Shown here: piece after piece, positions 22,895 through 34,800 of the stretch
Layout: each line of letters begins with the position of its first letter
Numbering within the stretch: the first letter of the stretch is position 1
Origin: Heptranchias perlo
Lineage: Eukaryota
Direction of reading: 5' to 3'
Assembly: GCF_035084215.1 (NCBI RefSeq)
Contig: NW_027139272.1
Location: forward strand, 248,001-312,000
DNA length: 64,000 bases
The notes under the pieces: model-generated
Seen by the model: the letters and a program-made list of their open reading frames with translations, nothing else
Told to the model about the DNA's origin: nothing
The model's database searches: none
Position numbers and translations under genes: made by a program

Positions 22895-25800
22895 CTATTG
22901 AATTTTAAAATGATGTTGATCAATAATTATTTCCTAATGATTTCATTAGGTGCTTCATTAAGCTGCACACTGGTACAGTACATGTCTGATAGGGTAATGA
23001 ACAATTTAAAATGGATTGAAACATGCCTAACTGGCTCCATTACAAATAATAAGCAGAATACAACTAGTTACCATTCATTAATCTCAGAAACAGGGCAGTT
23101 CCTGACTAGTTACAGAGTTTAAAGTGCAATTCCTGTACTCTGCAGATTAAATCAACACACGAACCATCTGATATCAGGGATAGAGGCTGCAGAATTACAC
23201 ACTGTAAAATAACAGTGCAATGCCAAGGAGGGGAAACTATTGGCCATTTCTTTACACAGATGATGGTTGCAGATTGCAATGTTTGGCCACAGGGAGTGGT
23301 TGAGACAGAGACCATTGTATGTTTTAAGGGAAGGGTGGCTAAACATTCGAAGCTTAGGGAGATACAGGGCAGTGAGGTTAGTTTGGGATTGATACAGGGC
23401 TATGGGGAGAGAGCGGGGCAGTGGGATTAGTTTGGGATTGATACTGGGCTATGGGGAGAGAGTGGGACAGTGGGATTAGTTTGGGATTGATACAGAGCTA
23501 TGGGGAGAGAGTGGGGCAGTGGGATTAGTTTGGGATTGATACAGGGCTATGGGGAGAGAGCGGGGCAGTGGGATTAGTTTGGGATTGATACAGGGCTATG
23601 GGGAGAGAGCGGGACAGTGGGATTAGTTTGGGATTGAATCAGGGCTATGGGGAGAGAGTGGGGCAGTGGGATTAGTTTGGGATTGATACAGGGCTATGGG
23701 GAGAGAGTGGGGCAGTGGGATTAGTTTGGGATTGATACAGGGCTATGGGGAGAGAGTGGGACAGTGGGATTAGTTTGGGATTGATACTGGGCTATGGGGA
23801 GAGAGTGGGACAGTGGGATTAGTTTTGGATTGATACAGGGCTATGGGGAGAGAGTGGGACAGTGGGATTAGTTTGGGATTGACACAGGGCTGTGGGGAGA
23901 GAGTGGGACAGTGGGATTAGTTTGGGATTGATACAGGGCTATGGGGAGAGAGTGGGACAGTGGGATTAGTTTGGGAATGATACTGTGCTATGGGGAGAGA
24001 GTGGGGCAGTGGGATTAGTTTGGGATTGATACAGGGCGATGGGGAGAGTGGGGCAGTGGGATTAGTTTGGGATTGATACAGGGCTATGGGGAGAGCGTGG
24101 GGCAGTGGGATTAGTTTTGGATTGATACAGGACTATGGGGAGAGAGTGGGACAGTGGGATTAGTTTTGGATTGATACAGGGCGATGGGGAGAGAGTGGGA
24201 CAGTGGGATTAGTTTGGGATTGATACAGGGCTATGGGGAGAGAGTGGGACAGTGGGATTAGTTTGGGATTGATACAGGGCTATGGGGAGAGAGTGGGGCA
24301 GTGGGATTAGTTTGGGACTGATACAGGGCTATGGGGAGGGCGCGGGGCAGTGGGATTAGTTTGGGATTGATACAGGGCTATGGGGAGGGCGCGGGGCAGT
24401 GTGATTAGTTTGGAATTGAGTCAGGGCTATGGGGAAAGGGCAGTCTCTCCAATTGAAATCCTCCCACTCAGCAGAGGCCAGGGGTTAAATCTGGGACCCT
24501 CTGGTCTGTCCGTCTTTGTTCCACATTGGGCAGGTCATTTACCAATTGTGCTATTGGGTAAATTGAAGGGGATTTTGCTCAGTGTAACACCGTGAAAGGT
24601 GGGCATGTGCTATTGAAAGAGAAAAGGAAGAGGTGTATTTATATAACACCTTTCATGAGCTCAGGATGTCTCAAAGCACTTTACAGCCAATTAAACTATT
24701 TTGAAGTGTAGTCACTGTTGTGATGTGGAAAACCCGGCAGCCAATTTGCGCACAGCAAGATCCCACAACCAGCAATGTGATAATGATCAGATCACTTTTT
24801 TTATATTCATGTTTATTGAGGGATAAATATTGTCCAGGACACTGGGGATAACTCTCCTGCTCATCCTCGAAATAATGTCATGGGATGTTTTACCTCCACC
24901 TGAGATGGCAGTTGGGGCCTTGACTTAACATCTCATCCGAAAGCTGGCACCTCCCACAGTGCAGCTCTCCCTCAGTACTGACCCTCCGACAGTGCAGCAT
25001 TCCCTCAGTACTGACCCTCCGACAGTGCAGCTCTCCCTCAGTTCTGACCCTCCGACAGTACCGCACTCCCTCAGTACTGACCCTCCGACAGTGCAGCACT
25101 CCCTCAGTACTGACCCTCCCACAGTGCCGCACTCCCTCAGTACTGACCCTCCGACAGTGCAGCACTCCCTCAGTACTGACCCTCCGACAGTATCGCACTC
25201 CCTCAGTACTGACCCTCCGACAGTGCAGCTCTCCCTCAGTACTGACCCTCCGACAGTATCGCACTCCCTCAGTACTGCCCCTCCGACAGTGCAGCGCTCC
25301 CTCAGTACTGACCCTCCGACAGTGCAGCACTCCCTCAGTACTGCCTCTTTGACAGTGCAGCTCTCCCTCAGTACTGACCCTCCGACAGTGCCGCTCTCCC
25401 TCAGTACTGACCCTCCGACAGTGCAGCTCTCCCTCAGTACTGACCCTCCGACAGTGCCGCTCTCCCTCAGTACTGCCCCTTTGACAGTGCAGCTCTCCCT
25501 CAGTACTGACCGTTCGACAGTGCAGCACTCCCTCAGTACTGACCCTCCGACAGTGCCGCACTCCCTCAGTACTGCCCCTTTGACAGTGCAGCGCTCCCCC
25601 GAAGGATGCAGAGACACGGGGAAGGACCCTGCGGCACAGGGAATGACCTTGAGGCACAAGGAATGACCTCGAGTCACAGGGAATGATCTAGAGTCACAGG
25701 GGAGGATCCAGAGAAGTGGGGAAGGACGCAGAGACACAAGGAAGGACCCTGAGGCACGGCAATGACCCAGAGGCACAGGGAAGGATGCAGAGGCACAGGG

Positions 25801-28800
25801 AATGACCCTGAGACACAGGGAAGGACCCAGAGGCACGAGGAAGGACCCAGAGGCACAGGGAAGGATGCAGAGGTACGAGGAATGATCCAGAGGCACGAGG
25901 AAGGACCCAGAGGCACGAGGAAGGACGCAGAGGAACGGGGAATGATCCAGAGGCACGGGGAAGGATCCAGAGGCACGGGGAAGGATCCAGAGGCACAGGG
26001 AAGGATGCAGAGGCACGGGGAAGGACCCAGAGGAACGGGGAAGGACCCAGAGGCACAGGGAATGACCCAGAGGCACAGGGAAGGACCCAGAGGCACGGGG
26101 AATGACCCAGAGGCACATGGAAGGACGCAGAGGCACGGGGAATGACCCACAGGCACAGGGAAGGATGCAGAGGCACGAGGAATGATCCAGAGGCACAGGG
26201 AAGGACCCAGAGGCACAGGGAAGGATGCAGAGGCACAGGGAATGATCCAGAGGCACGGGGAATGATCCAGAGGCACGGGGAAGGACCCAGAGGCACGGGG
26301 AAGGACCCAGAGGCACAGGGAATGATCCAGAGGCACAGGGAAAGACCCAGAGGCACGGGGAAGGACCCAGAGGCACAGGAAATGATCCAGAGGCACAGGG
26401 AAAGACCCAGAGGCACGGGGAAGGACCCAGAGGCACAGGGAATGACCCAGAGGCACGGGGAATGACCCAGAGGCACGGGGAATGACCCAGAGGCATGGGG
26501 AATGACCCAGAGGCATGGGGAAGGACCCAGAGGCACGGGGAATGACCCAGAGGCACAGGGAATGACCCAGAGGCATGGGGAAGGACCCAGAGGCACGGGG
26601 AAGGACCCAGAGGCACAGGGAATGATCCAGAGGCACAGGGAAAGACCCAGAGGCACGGGGAAGGACCCAGAGGCACAGGAAATGATCCAGAGGCACAGGG
26701 AAAGTCCCAGAGGCACGGGGAAGGACCCAGAGGCACAGGGAATGACCCAGAGGCACGGGGAATGACCCAGAGGCACGGGGAATGACCCAGAGGCATGGGG
26801 AATGACCCAGAGGCATGGGGAAGGACCCAGAGGCACGGGGAATGACCCAGAGGCACAGGGAATGACCCAGAGGCATGGGGAAGGACCCAGAGGCACGGGG
26901 AATGACCCAGAGGCACAGGGAATGATCCAGAGGCACAGGGAATGACCCAGAGGCACGGGGAATGACCCAGAGGCATGGGGAAGGACCCTGTGGGCCCCCA
27001 AGACACGGGGAAAAGCCCTGCGGCCCTCCCGAGAATCGGGGATGGACCCAGAGTTCCAGGAAGTACCTCGCGGCCCCCCCGAGACACAGGGAAAGACCCT
27101 GAGCCCCCCCCCGATTTGCCACTCACCCCAGGGTACGTTGATCCCCCGCAGGAGGCTGGCGTGCTCGATATGACAGGAGTAGCTCTTCCTGTCGTCTCCA
27201 CTCAGCTCGATCGTTTTCAGTACCCGATAGGTCATATCCTGGTTGGGCAGCACGTCACTGGATTCAATGTCAGCGACCTCCTCGCCATTCCCCAACCAAG
27301 TCACCTCGATGGCCCAGGGGTAGAACCCCGACACAAGGCAGGAGACCCTTAGCACTCTGTCCCCGTCACTCCTCTTCCCAATAAACACCTCAGGGGCGAC
27401 TGAGAGATTTAAACAAAGAGTACAATCGGTGACAAGTTCTCTTCTTTTGCCTTCATTTCTTCCCCGCCCACCACCATCAATTTTCTCGGCCTGAAGGCAG
27501 ATGACTGATGCTGAGAGACAGCTGGAGTTCACCGGAGTTCAGCTGAGGGGTCACCTGATAGAGGTCGTTAAGATTATGAAAGGGTTTGATAGGATAGACG
27601 TAGGGAAGATGGGCGCTAAATAGGGCCGTGTAGCGCCCGTTGTTTCGGTGCTAGACGGCCTCTCCGACATCCAAGATCGCATCTCGGATGCGCACGCACG
27701 TTTCCTGCGTGACGTGCGCCAGACGCCATCTTGGTATAGGAGTTCGTGCAGGCGCAGATAACGAACACTGGAATCATGTAAAGTAGGGAGAAAATGGCTT
27801 CAGTCAGTGTGCAACGCTGATTTAAAGTGATAGACACCATTTCGGGACTTAACGCTCAACTCAACCCACAGTCTTAACCCTGACCATCTGAACGTGTCTT
27901 ACAGTTCCTGGAGGACCCCCCACCGGCACTATTTAAAGGGACCATGCAGGATTTACAGGTTAGTGGCTGGATTATTGCTTCTGGCTGCCGAAACATTCAA
28001 AACTGTTTTTGGAGGTCTCCTACACTTGAATACTAGGACGCGGGGACATCGCGAAACATTTAGAGCCAGGAGGTGCAGGAGTGAAGTTAGGAAATGCTTC
28101 TACACACAAAGGGTGGGAGATGTTTGGAACGCTCTTCTGCAGACGACAGTTGATGCTAGCTCACTTGTGAATGTTAAATCTGAGATTGATCGATTTCTGT
28201 GAAACAAGGGTATTATGGGATATGGGGCTAAGGTGGGTATATGGAGTTAGGTCACAGGTCCACCATGATCTCATTGAATGGTGGAACAGGCTCGAGGGGC
28301 TAAATGTCACTGCCACTTGCTGCCTCTTGATATGCGCCACCTTCTCCTGTGTCTGGGTGATGTGCCTGTCATGGTTGAATAGCTGCCAGTGCGTGTGGCC
28401 TGTGAGTTGTGGGTGGGCGGCTTGAAACAGTGGTAATGTGGAAGGGTGAGAGGAAGCATCTGATGGGAAGAGTTGAGTACTGATGGAAAGAGTTTGTTGG
28501 TATGTGGGTGATGGGGGTGTAGTGTGTGGGGCAGTTGGTTGGAGACACCACTTGACAGTTGACCTCACTCACCTTGACCACTCATGTCAAAGCATTGAAC
28601 TTCTTCCTGCACTGCATCCATGTTCATGATGCTGTGAGCCTGGCATTGACTTCGTCCCCCGTTGCCTCCCACTGGCTTTTGAGTATATGTCTGGAGGGTC
28701 TCTGCCCCCCCCCTCCCTTCCCCCCACTGTGGATATAGGATGTCCCCCCTTCTGTCCACCTCTTGCACCAAGGCCTCTAGTGCATCAGCAGAGAACCTTG

Positions 28801-31800
28801 GTGCACGCACTCTCACAGGGCTGGTACCAACTCAGATCGGCAGATTGGTGAGGTCTGTTGTGCAGATTGGAGGATGTGGGATTTAGTAGTGTGCAACCTT
28901 TATTCAATGTTTTAACATAACTCATCAGTGTGTAAACATAGGGATGGGACCTGCATCGTGTTTTACGTATGTGATGTCTGATCTCCGTTCAGACTCCGTG
29001 CAGACTGTTATTTTCAGCAAATAACAGGTACCAGCTACCTTTAAGAGATTTCCAACAAACATCCTCCCTTTAAGAGATTGGACTCCCTCTGGTGGTGGAA
29101 AGTGTGAATTGCATTGATTCCAGGTGCAAGGCCTGGGATGGAACGTTGATCGCAGGTCGGTCCTCGGGTGGGTCGAAACTTGCATCCTGCCTGCGCCGGG
29201 ACCATTGGACACGGGGTAAAGCACATCGCGCTGCCCCCGCCCAAAAACGGCCACATCCAAATTTTTCCCTCGATGTTTCCACTTGTGGCAGAGGCCAGAA
29301 CGAGGGGCCATAAATATAAGAGAGTCACTAATAAATCCAATGGGGAATTCAGGAGAAACTCAGAGAGTGGTTTGAATGTGGAGCTCGCTCTCACAAGGAG
29401 TAGTTGAGGCGAATAGCACAGATGCCTTTAAGGGGAAGCTGGATAAACACATGAGGGAGAAAGGAATAGAAGGATATGCTGATAGGGGGAGATGAAGTAG
29501 GGAGGGTGCAGCAATAACACTGGCATAGACCTGTTGGGCCGAATGGCCTGTTTCTGTGTTGTAAATTCCATGTAACGGGTCACGTTCCGGTAACGCACAC
29601 AAGCACCCAGTGTTCACGAGTGAGCCTTCACAGTGAGGACCAGGACGCTATTCAACCATGGGGGTATTACAACTTAGTTGAACCCCGTTCTCACCCGATG
29701 TCAACACGCACGGGCTTTCCAGCCGGGGAGACTGAGTCGGTCATCGGATTTAGGTCACCTGCCCGATTATCTCCCCCATCCCCACCCCACCCACCCCAAG
29801 GGGTACTGAGGCCAGGTGCAGACTGGGAATATAAACTTTGCCTGTCCGGCACCTCCAGTTCCCGCTCGCTCGAGGTACCTTTCCTCTGTAGTGCTTCTCG
29901 CCCAGCCCGAAGGTATATCAGCAGCCACTTCACACAGTCCTTTTCCAACAGGGTCTTGAAGTATTTGTTCATGAAGGTGTTCGCATTCCACCGGTCTGCT
30001 AAAGTCTGGAACTCTGGATTCACCGCAATCCAACTCAATCTGTCCTTGTCAAAAACATACGCGTCCTCCCCGTCATATCCAAACTTTATAAACCCCTCCG
30101 TGGAGTTGTCGCTGTTCAGTTCGCAGCCACACATTCCCTGGACAAAGAAAACACCTGGAAAAACAACTCAAGTCAATTGAAAATGTGAAAAGGGTTCGAT
30201 CGGGTACATACAACAACAACAACTTGCATTTATATAGCGCCTTTCACGGAGTAAAACATCACAAGGCACTTGACAAACAAAATTTGACACTGAGCCACAT
30301 AAGGAGATATTAGGACAGGTGACCAAAAGCTTGGACAAAGAGGTAGGTTTGAAGGAGCATCTTAAAGGAGGAGAGAGAGGCGGAGAGGTTTAGGGAGGGA
30401 ATTCCAGAGGGACTATTTCCTCAGGTGGGGGAATCAAGATCTTCGATTTAAAGCCAGGCCATTTAGGAGTGAAATCAGGAAGCACTTTATCACACAAAGG
30501 GGAGTGGGAATCAGGAACTCTCTCCCCCAAAAGGCTGTGGGATGCTGGCGGCCCATTGGAGCTTTCAAGACTGAGATTGTTAAATTTTTGTTAGGTAAGG
30601 GTATCGATGGATAGGAAGCAAAGGCTGGAAAATGGAGTTACGGTGCAGATTAGCCATGATATAAATGAATGGTGGAGCAGGCTCGAGGGGCTGAATGGCC
30701 TCTTCCTCTTTCGATGCTCCTAAGCAGCTGTGTTACGTTGAGGTTCCATTTATGTCCTGCTGTCTTGAACTTTAACCTTAGCAATAGGTTAGATTGTCAC
30801 AAAGAGTCATCGATCTCTGGAATTTCAACGGGATGAGAACAGATCTGGTCCCGGGTAAATCGGAATCAAAGATTGTCAGGCAAAACTGTAATTGAACAGC
30901 GGGCGGCCTTTAAGGAGGAGATGGTTCGGGTACAGTCTCCACGAGGGGGAAAGGGAGGGCAACTAAAGCCAGAGCTCCCTGGATGACAAAAGAGATAGAG
31001 AGTAAGATGAAACAGAAAAAAGGGGCATATGACAGATGTCAGGTTGATAATACAAGTGAGGACCAGGCAGAATATAGAAAGTTCAGAGGGGAAGTGAAAA
31101 AGGAAATAAGAGGGGCAAAGAGAGAGTCTGAGAATAGACTGGCGGCCAACATAAAAGGGAATCCAAAAGTCTTCTATAGGCATCTAAACAGTAAACAGGT
31201 AGTAAGAGGAGGGGTGGGGCCGATTAGGGACCATAAAGGAGATCTACTCATGGAGGCAGAGGAGATGGCCAAGGTACTAAATGAGTAATTTGCATCTGTC
31301 TTTACCAAGGAAGAAGATGCTGCCAGAGTCTCAGTAAAGGAAGATATAGTTCAGGTACTGGATGGGCTAAAAATTGATAAAGAGGAGGTACTTGAAAGGC
31401 TAGCTGTATTTAAAGTAGATCAGTCACCCAGTCCGGATAGGATGCATCCTAGGTTGCTGAGGGAAGTAAGGGTGGAAATTGCGGAGATACTGGCCATAAT
31501 CTTCCAAACATCCGTAGATACAGGGGTGGTGCCAGAGGACTGGAGAATTGCAAAAGTTATATCCTTGTTCAAAAAAAGGTGTAAGGATAAACCCAGCAAC
31601 TACAGGTCAGTCAGTTTAACCTCGGTGGTGGGGAAACTTTTAGAAATGATAATCCGGGACAGAATTAACAGTCACTTGGACGAGTGTGAATTGATTAGGG
31701 AAAGCCAGCACGGATTTAAAGGCAAAACATATTTAACTAACCTGATACAGTTTTTTGATGAGGTAACAGAGAGAGTAGATGAGGGCAATGCAGTTGATGT

Positions 31801-34800
31801 GATGTGTATGGACTTCCAAAAGGCGTTTGATAAAGTGCCGCATGGTCGGCTTATCATCAAGATTGCGGCCCATGGAATAAAGGGGGCAGTAGGGACAGGA
31901 AACAGAGAGTAGTGGTGAACGATTGTTTTTCGGACTGGAGGGAGGTGCACAGTAGTGTTCCCCAGGGGTCGGTGCTGGGACCACTGCTTTTCTTGATATA
32001 TATTAATGACTTCAACTTGGGTGTACGGGGCACAATTTCAAAATTTGCAGATGGCACAAAGCTCGGAAAGGTAGTGAACAGTGAGGATAGTGATAGACTT
32101 CAAGAGGATATAGACAGGCTGGTGGAATGGGCAGACACGTGGCAGATGAAATTTAATGCAGAAAAACGCGAAGTGATACATTTCGATAGGAAGAACGAGG
32201 AGAGGCAATATAAACTAGAGGGCACAACTCTAAAAGGGTACAGGAACAGAGAGATCTGGGGGTATACGTGCACAAATCATTCAAGGGAGCAGGGCAGGCT
32301 CAGAAAGCGGTTAAAAAAACATCCTGGATCCTGGGCTTTTTAAATAGAGGCATAGAGTACAAAAGTATGGAAGTCATGATGAACCTTTATAAAACACTGG
32401 TTCGGCCACAACGGGAGTATGGTGTCCAGTTCTGGGCACCGCACTTTAGGAAGGATGTGAAGTCCTTGGAGAGGGTGCAGAATAGATTTACCAGAATGAT
32501 TCCAGGGATGAGGGACTTTAGTTATGTGGATGGACTGGAGAAGCTGGGGTTGTTCTCCTTGGAACAGAGACGGTTGCGAGGAGATTTGATCGAGGTGTTT
32601 AAAATCATGAAGAAACTATTCCCATTGACAGAAGGGTTAAAAACCAGAGGTCATAGATTTAAGGTGATTGGCAAAAGAAGCAAAGGTGACTTGAGGAAAA
32701 ACTTTTTTACACAGCGAGTGGTTAGGATCTGGAATGCACGGCCCGAGGGGATGGTGGAGGCAGATTCAATCGTGGACTTCAAAAGGGAACTGGATAAGTA
32801 ATGAAAGGAAAAAATTTGGAGGGCTACAGGGATAGGGCAGGGGAGTGGGACTAGCTTGATTGCTCTTGCATAGAACCAGCACGGACTCGATGGGCCGAAT
32901 GGCCTCCTTCCGTGCTGTCACCTTTCTGTGATTCGATGAACAAGTTGCCTGCATGCACAGTGTGTGTGTGTGGACTGCAAGTGTTGGAAAGGGGACTGGC
33001 GACCAATAGAAAGTATCTCGAGTTATAGGAGGTGTGTGGGGTTAATGGGGACCAGTGATATCAGACACTGTGGTCTCCTGCACCTTCCTCGATTCCCTGG
33101 GGGGGGGGGTCGCAGAGGAATCTCCCAGAGTGTTTGCTTTCCTAACTTGGCCTCAGTTTCATCCTCTTTCTTTGGCCTCTCCCAGGAGATTGTGTGACTG
33201 TGGGAGGGAGAGGGTGCTGATGGTGTGTGTGTGTGTGTTGTTTCACCGTGCCAAGACAGGACAGGCTTGATGGACCCGCCTGTCCTGATTTCATCTGTTT
33301 GTTAGTAACCCTGGCAACGCAGCTTTAGAAGAGGAGAAACAAGTGGCAGCGATGATTTCATTCCAACGTTCAAGGTGCTCACATCAAATCCCTCAGTGCT
33401 GCCCCTCCCTCAGTGCTGCCCCTCCCTCAGTGCTGCCCCTCCCTCAGTGCTGCCCCTTCCTCAGTGCTGCCCCTCCCACAGTGCTGCCCCTCCCTCAGTG
33501 CTGCACTCCCTCAGTGCTGCCCCTCCCTCAGTGTTGCCCCTCCCTCAGTGCTGCACTCCCACAGTGCTGCCCCTCCCTCAGTGCTGCCCCTCCCTCAGTG
33601 CTGCCCCTCCCTCAGTGCTGCCCCTCCCTCAGTGTTGCCCCTCCCTCAGTGCTGCACTCCCACAGTGCTGCCCCTCCCTCAGTGCTGCCCCTCCCTCAGT
33701 GCTGCCCCTCCCTCAGTGCTGCCCCTCCCTCAGTAATCCCCTCCCACAGTGCTGCCCCTCCCTCAGTGCTGCCCCTCCCTCAGTGCTGCACTCCCTCAGT
33801 GCTGCCCCTCCCTCAGTGCTGCCCCTCCCACAGTGCTGCCACTCCCTCAGTGCTGCTCTCCCTCAGTGCTGCCCCTCCCTCAGTGCTGCCCCTCCCTCAG
33901 TGCTGCACTCCCTCAGTGCTGCCCCTCCCTCAGTGCTGCCCCTCCCTCAGTGCTGCCCCTCCCTCAGTGCTGCCCCTCCCACAGTGCTGCCCCTCCCTCA
34001 GTGCTGCCCCTCCCTCAGTGCTGCCCCTCCCTCAGTGCTGCCCCTCCCTCAGGACTGCACTGGGAGTGCCAGCCGAGATTTTGTGCTCCAGTCTCTGGAG
34101 TGGGTCTTGAACCCACAACCTTCTGAACTAGAGGTGAGAGTAAGAAGGTCGTGGTTTCAGGCCCCACTCCAGAGATTTCAGCGCATAATCCGGGCTGACA
34201 CTCCAGTGCAGGACTGAGGGAGCGCTGCACTGTCGGAGGGGCAGTACTGAGGGAGCGCTGCACTGTCGGAGGGGCAGTACTGAGGGAGTGCTGCACTGTC
34301 GGAGGGGCAGTACTGAGGGAGTGCTGCATTGTCGGAGGGGCAGTACTGAGGGAGTGATGCATTGTCGGAGGGGCAGTACTGAGGGAGTGCTGCATTGTCG
34401 GAGGGGCAGTACTGAGGGAGTGATGCATTGTCGGAGGGGCAGTACTGAGGGAGTGCTGCACTGTCGGAGGGGCAGTACTGAGGGAGTGCTGCACTGTCGG
34501 AGGAGCAGTACTGAGGGAGTGATGCATTGTCGGAGGGGCAGTACTGAGGGAGTGCTGCACTGTCGGAGGGGCAGTACTGAGGGAGCGCTGCACTGTCGGA
34601 GGGGCAGTACTGAGGGAGTGCTGCACTGTCGGAGGGGCAGTACTGAGGGAGCGCTGCACTGTCGGAGGGGCAGTACTGAGGGAGTGCTGCATTGTCGGAG
34701 GGGCAGTACTGAGGGAGTGATGCATTGTCGGAGGGGCAGTACTGAGGGAGTGCTGCACTGTCGGAGGGGCAGTACTGAGGGAGTGCTGCACTGTCGGAGG

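Noticed and set aside
24890-27532. Long ORFs of 758, 612 and 482 aa
   Set aside because: Only 27127-27399 is real coding sequence (alpha3), bounded by canonical splice sites. The rest is read-through into the 20-bp and 33-bp minisatellites.
30138-30140. Alternative alpha2 acceptor TTTGTCCAG
   Set aside because: It would be out of phase with the alpha1 donor and would remove the conserved Q96 strand. The acceptor at 30155 gives the typical 276-nt exon.
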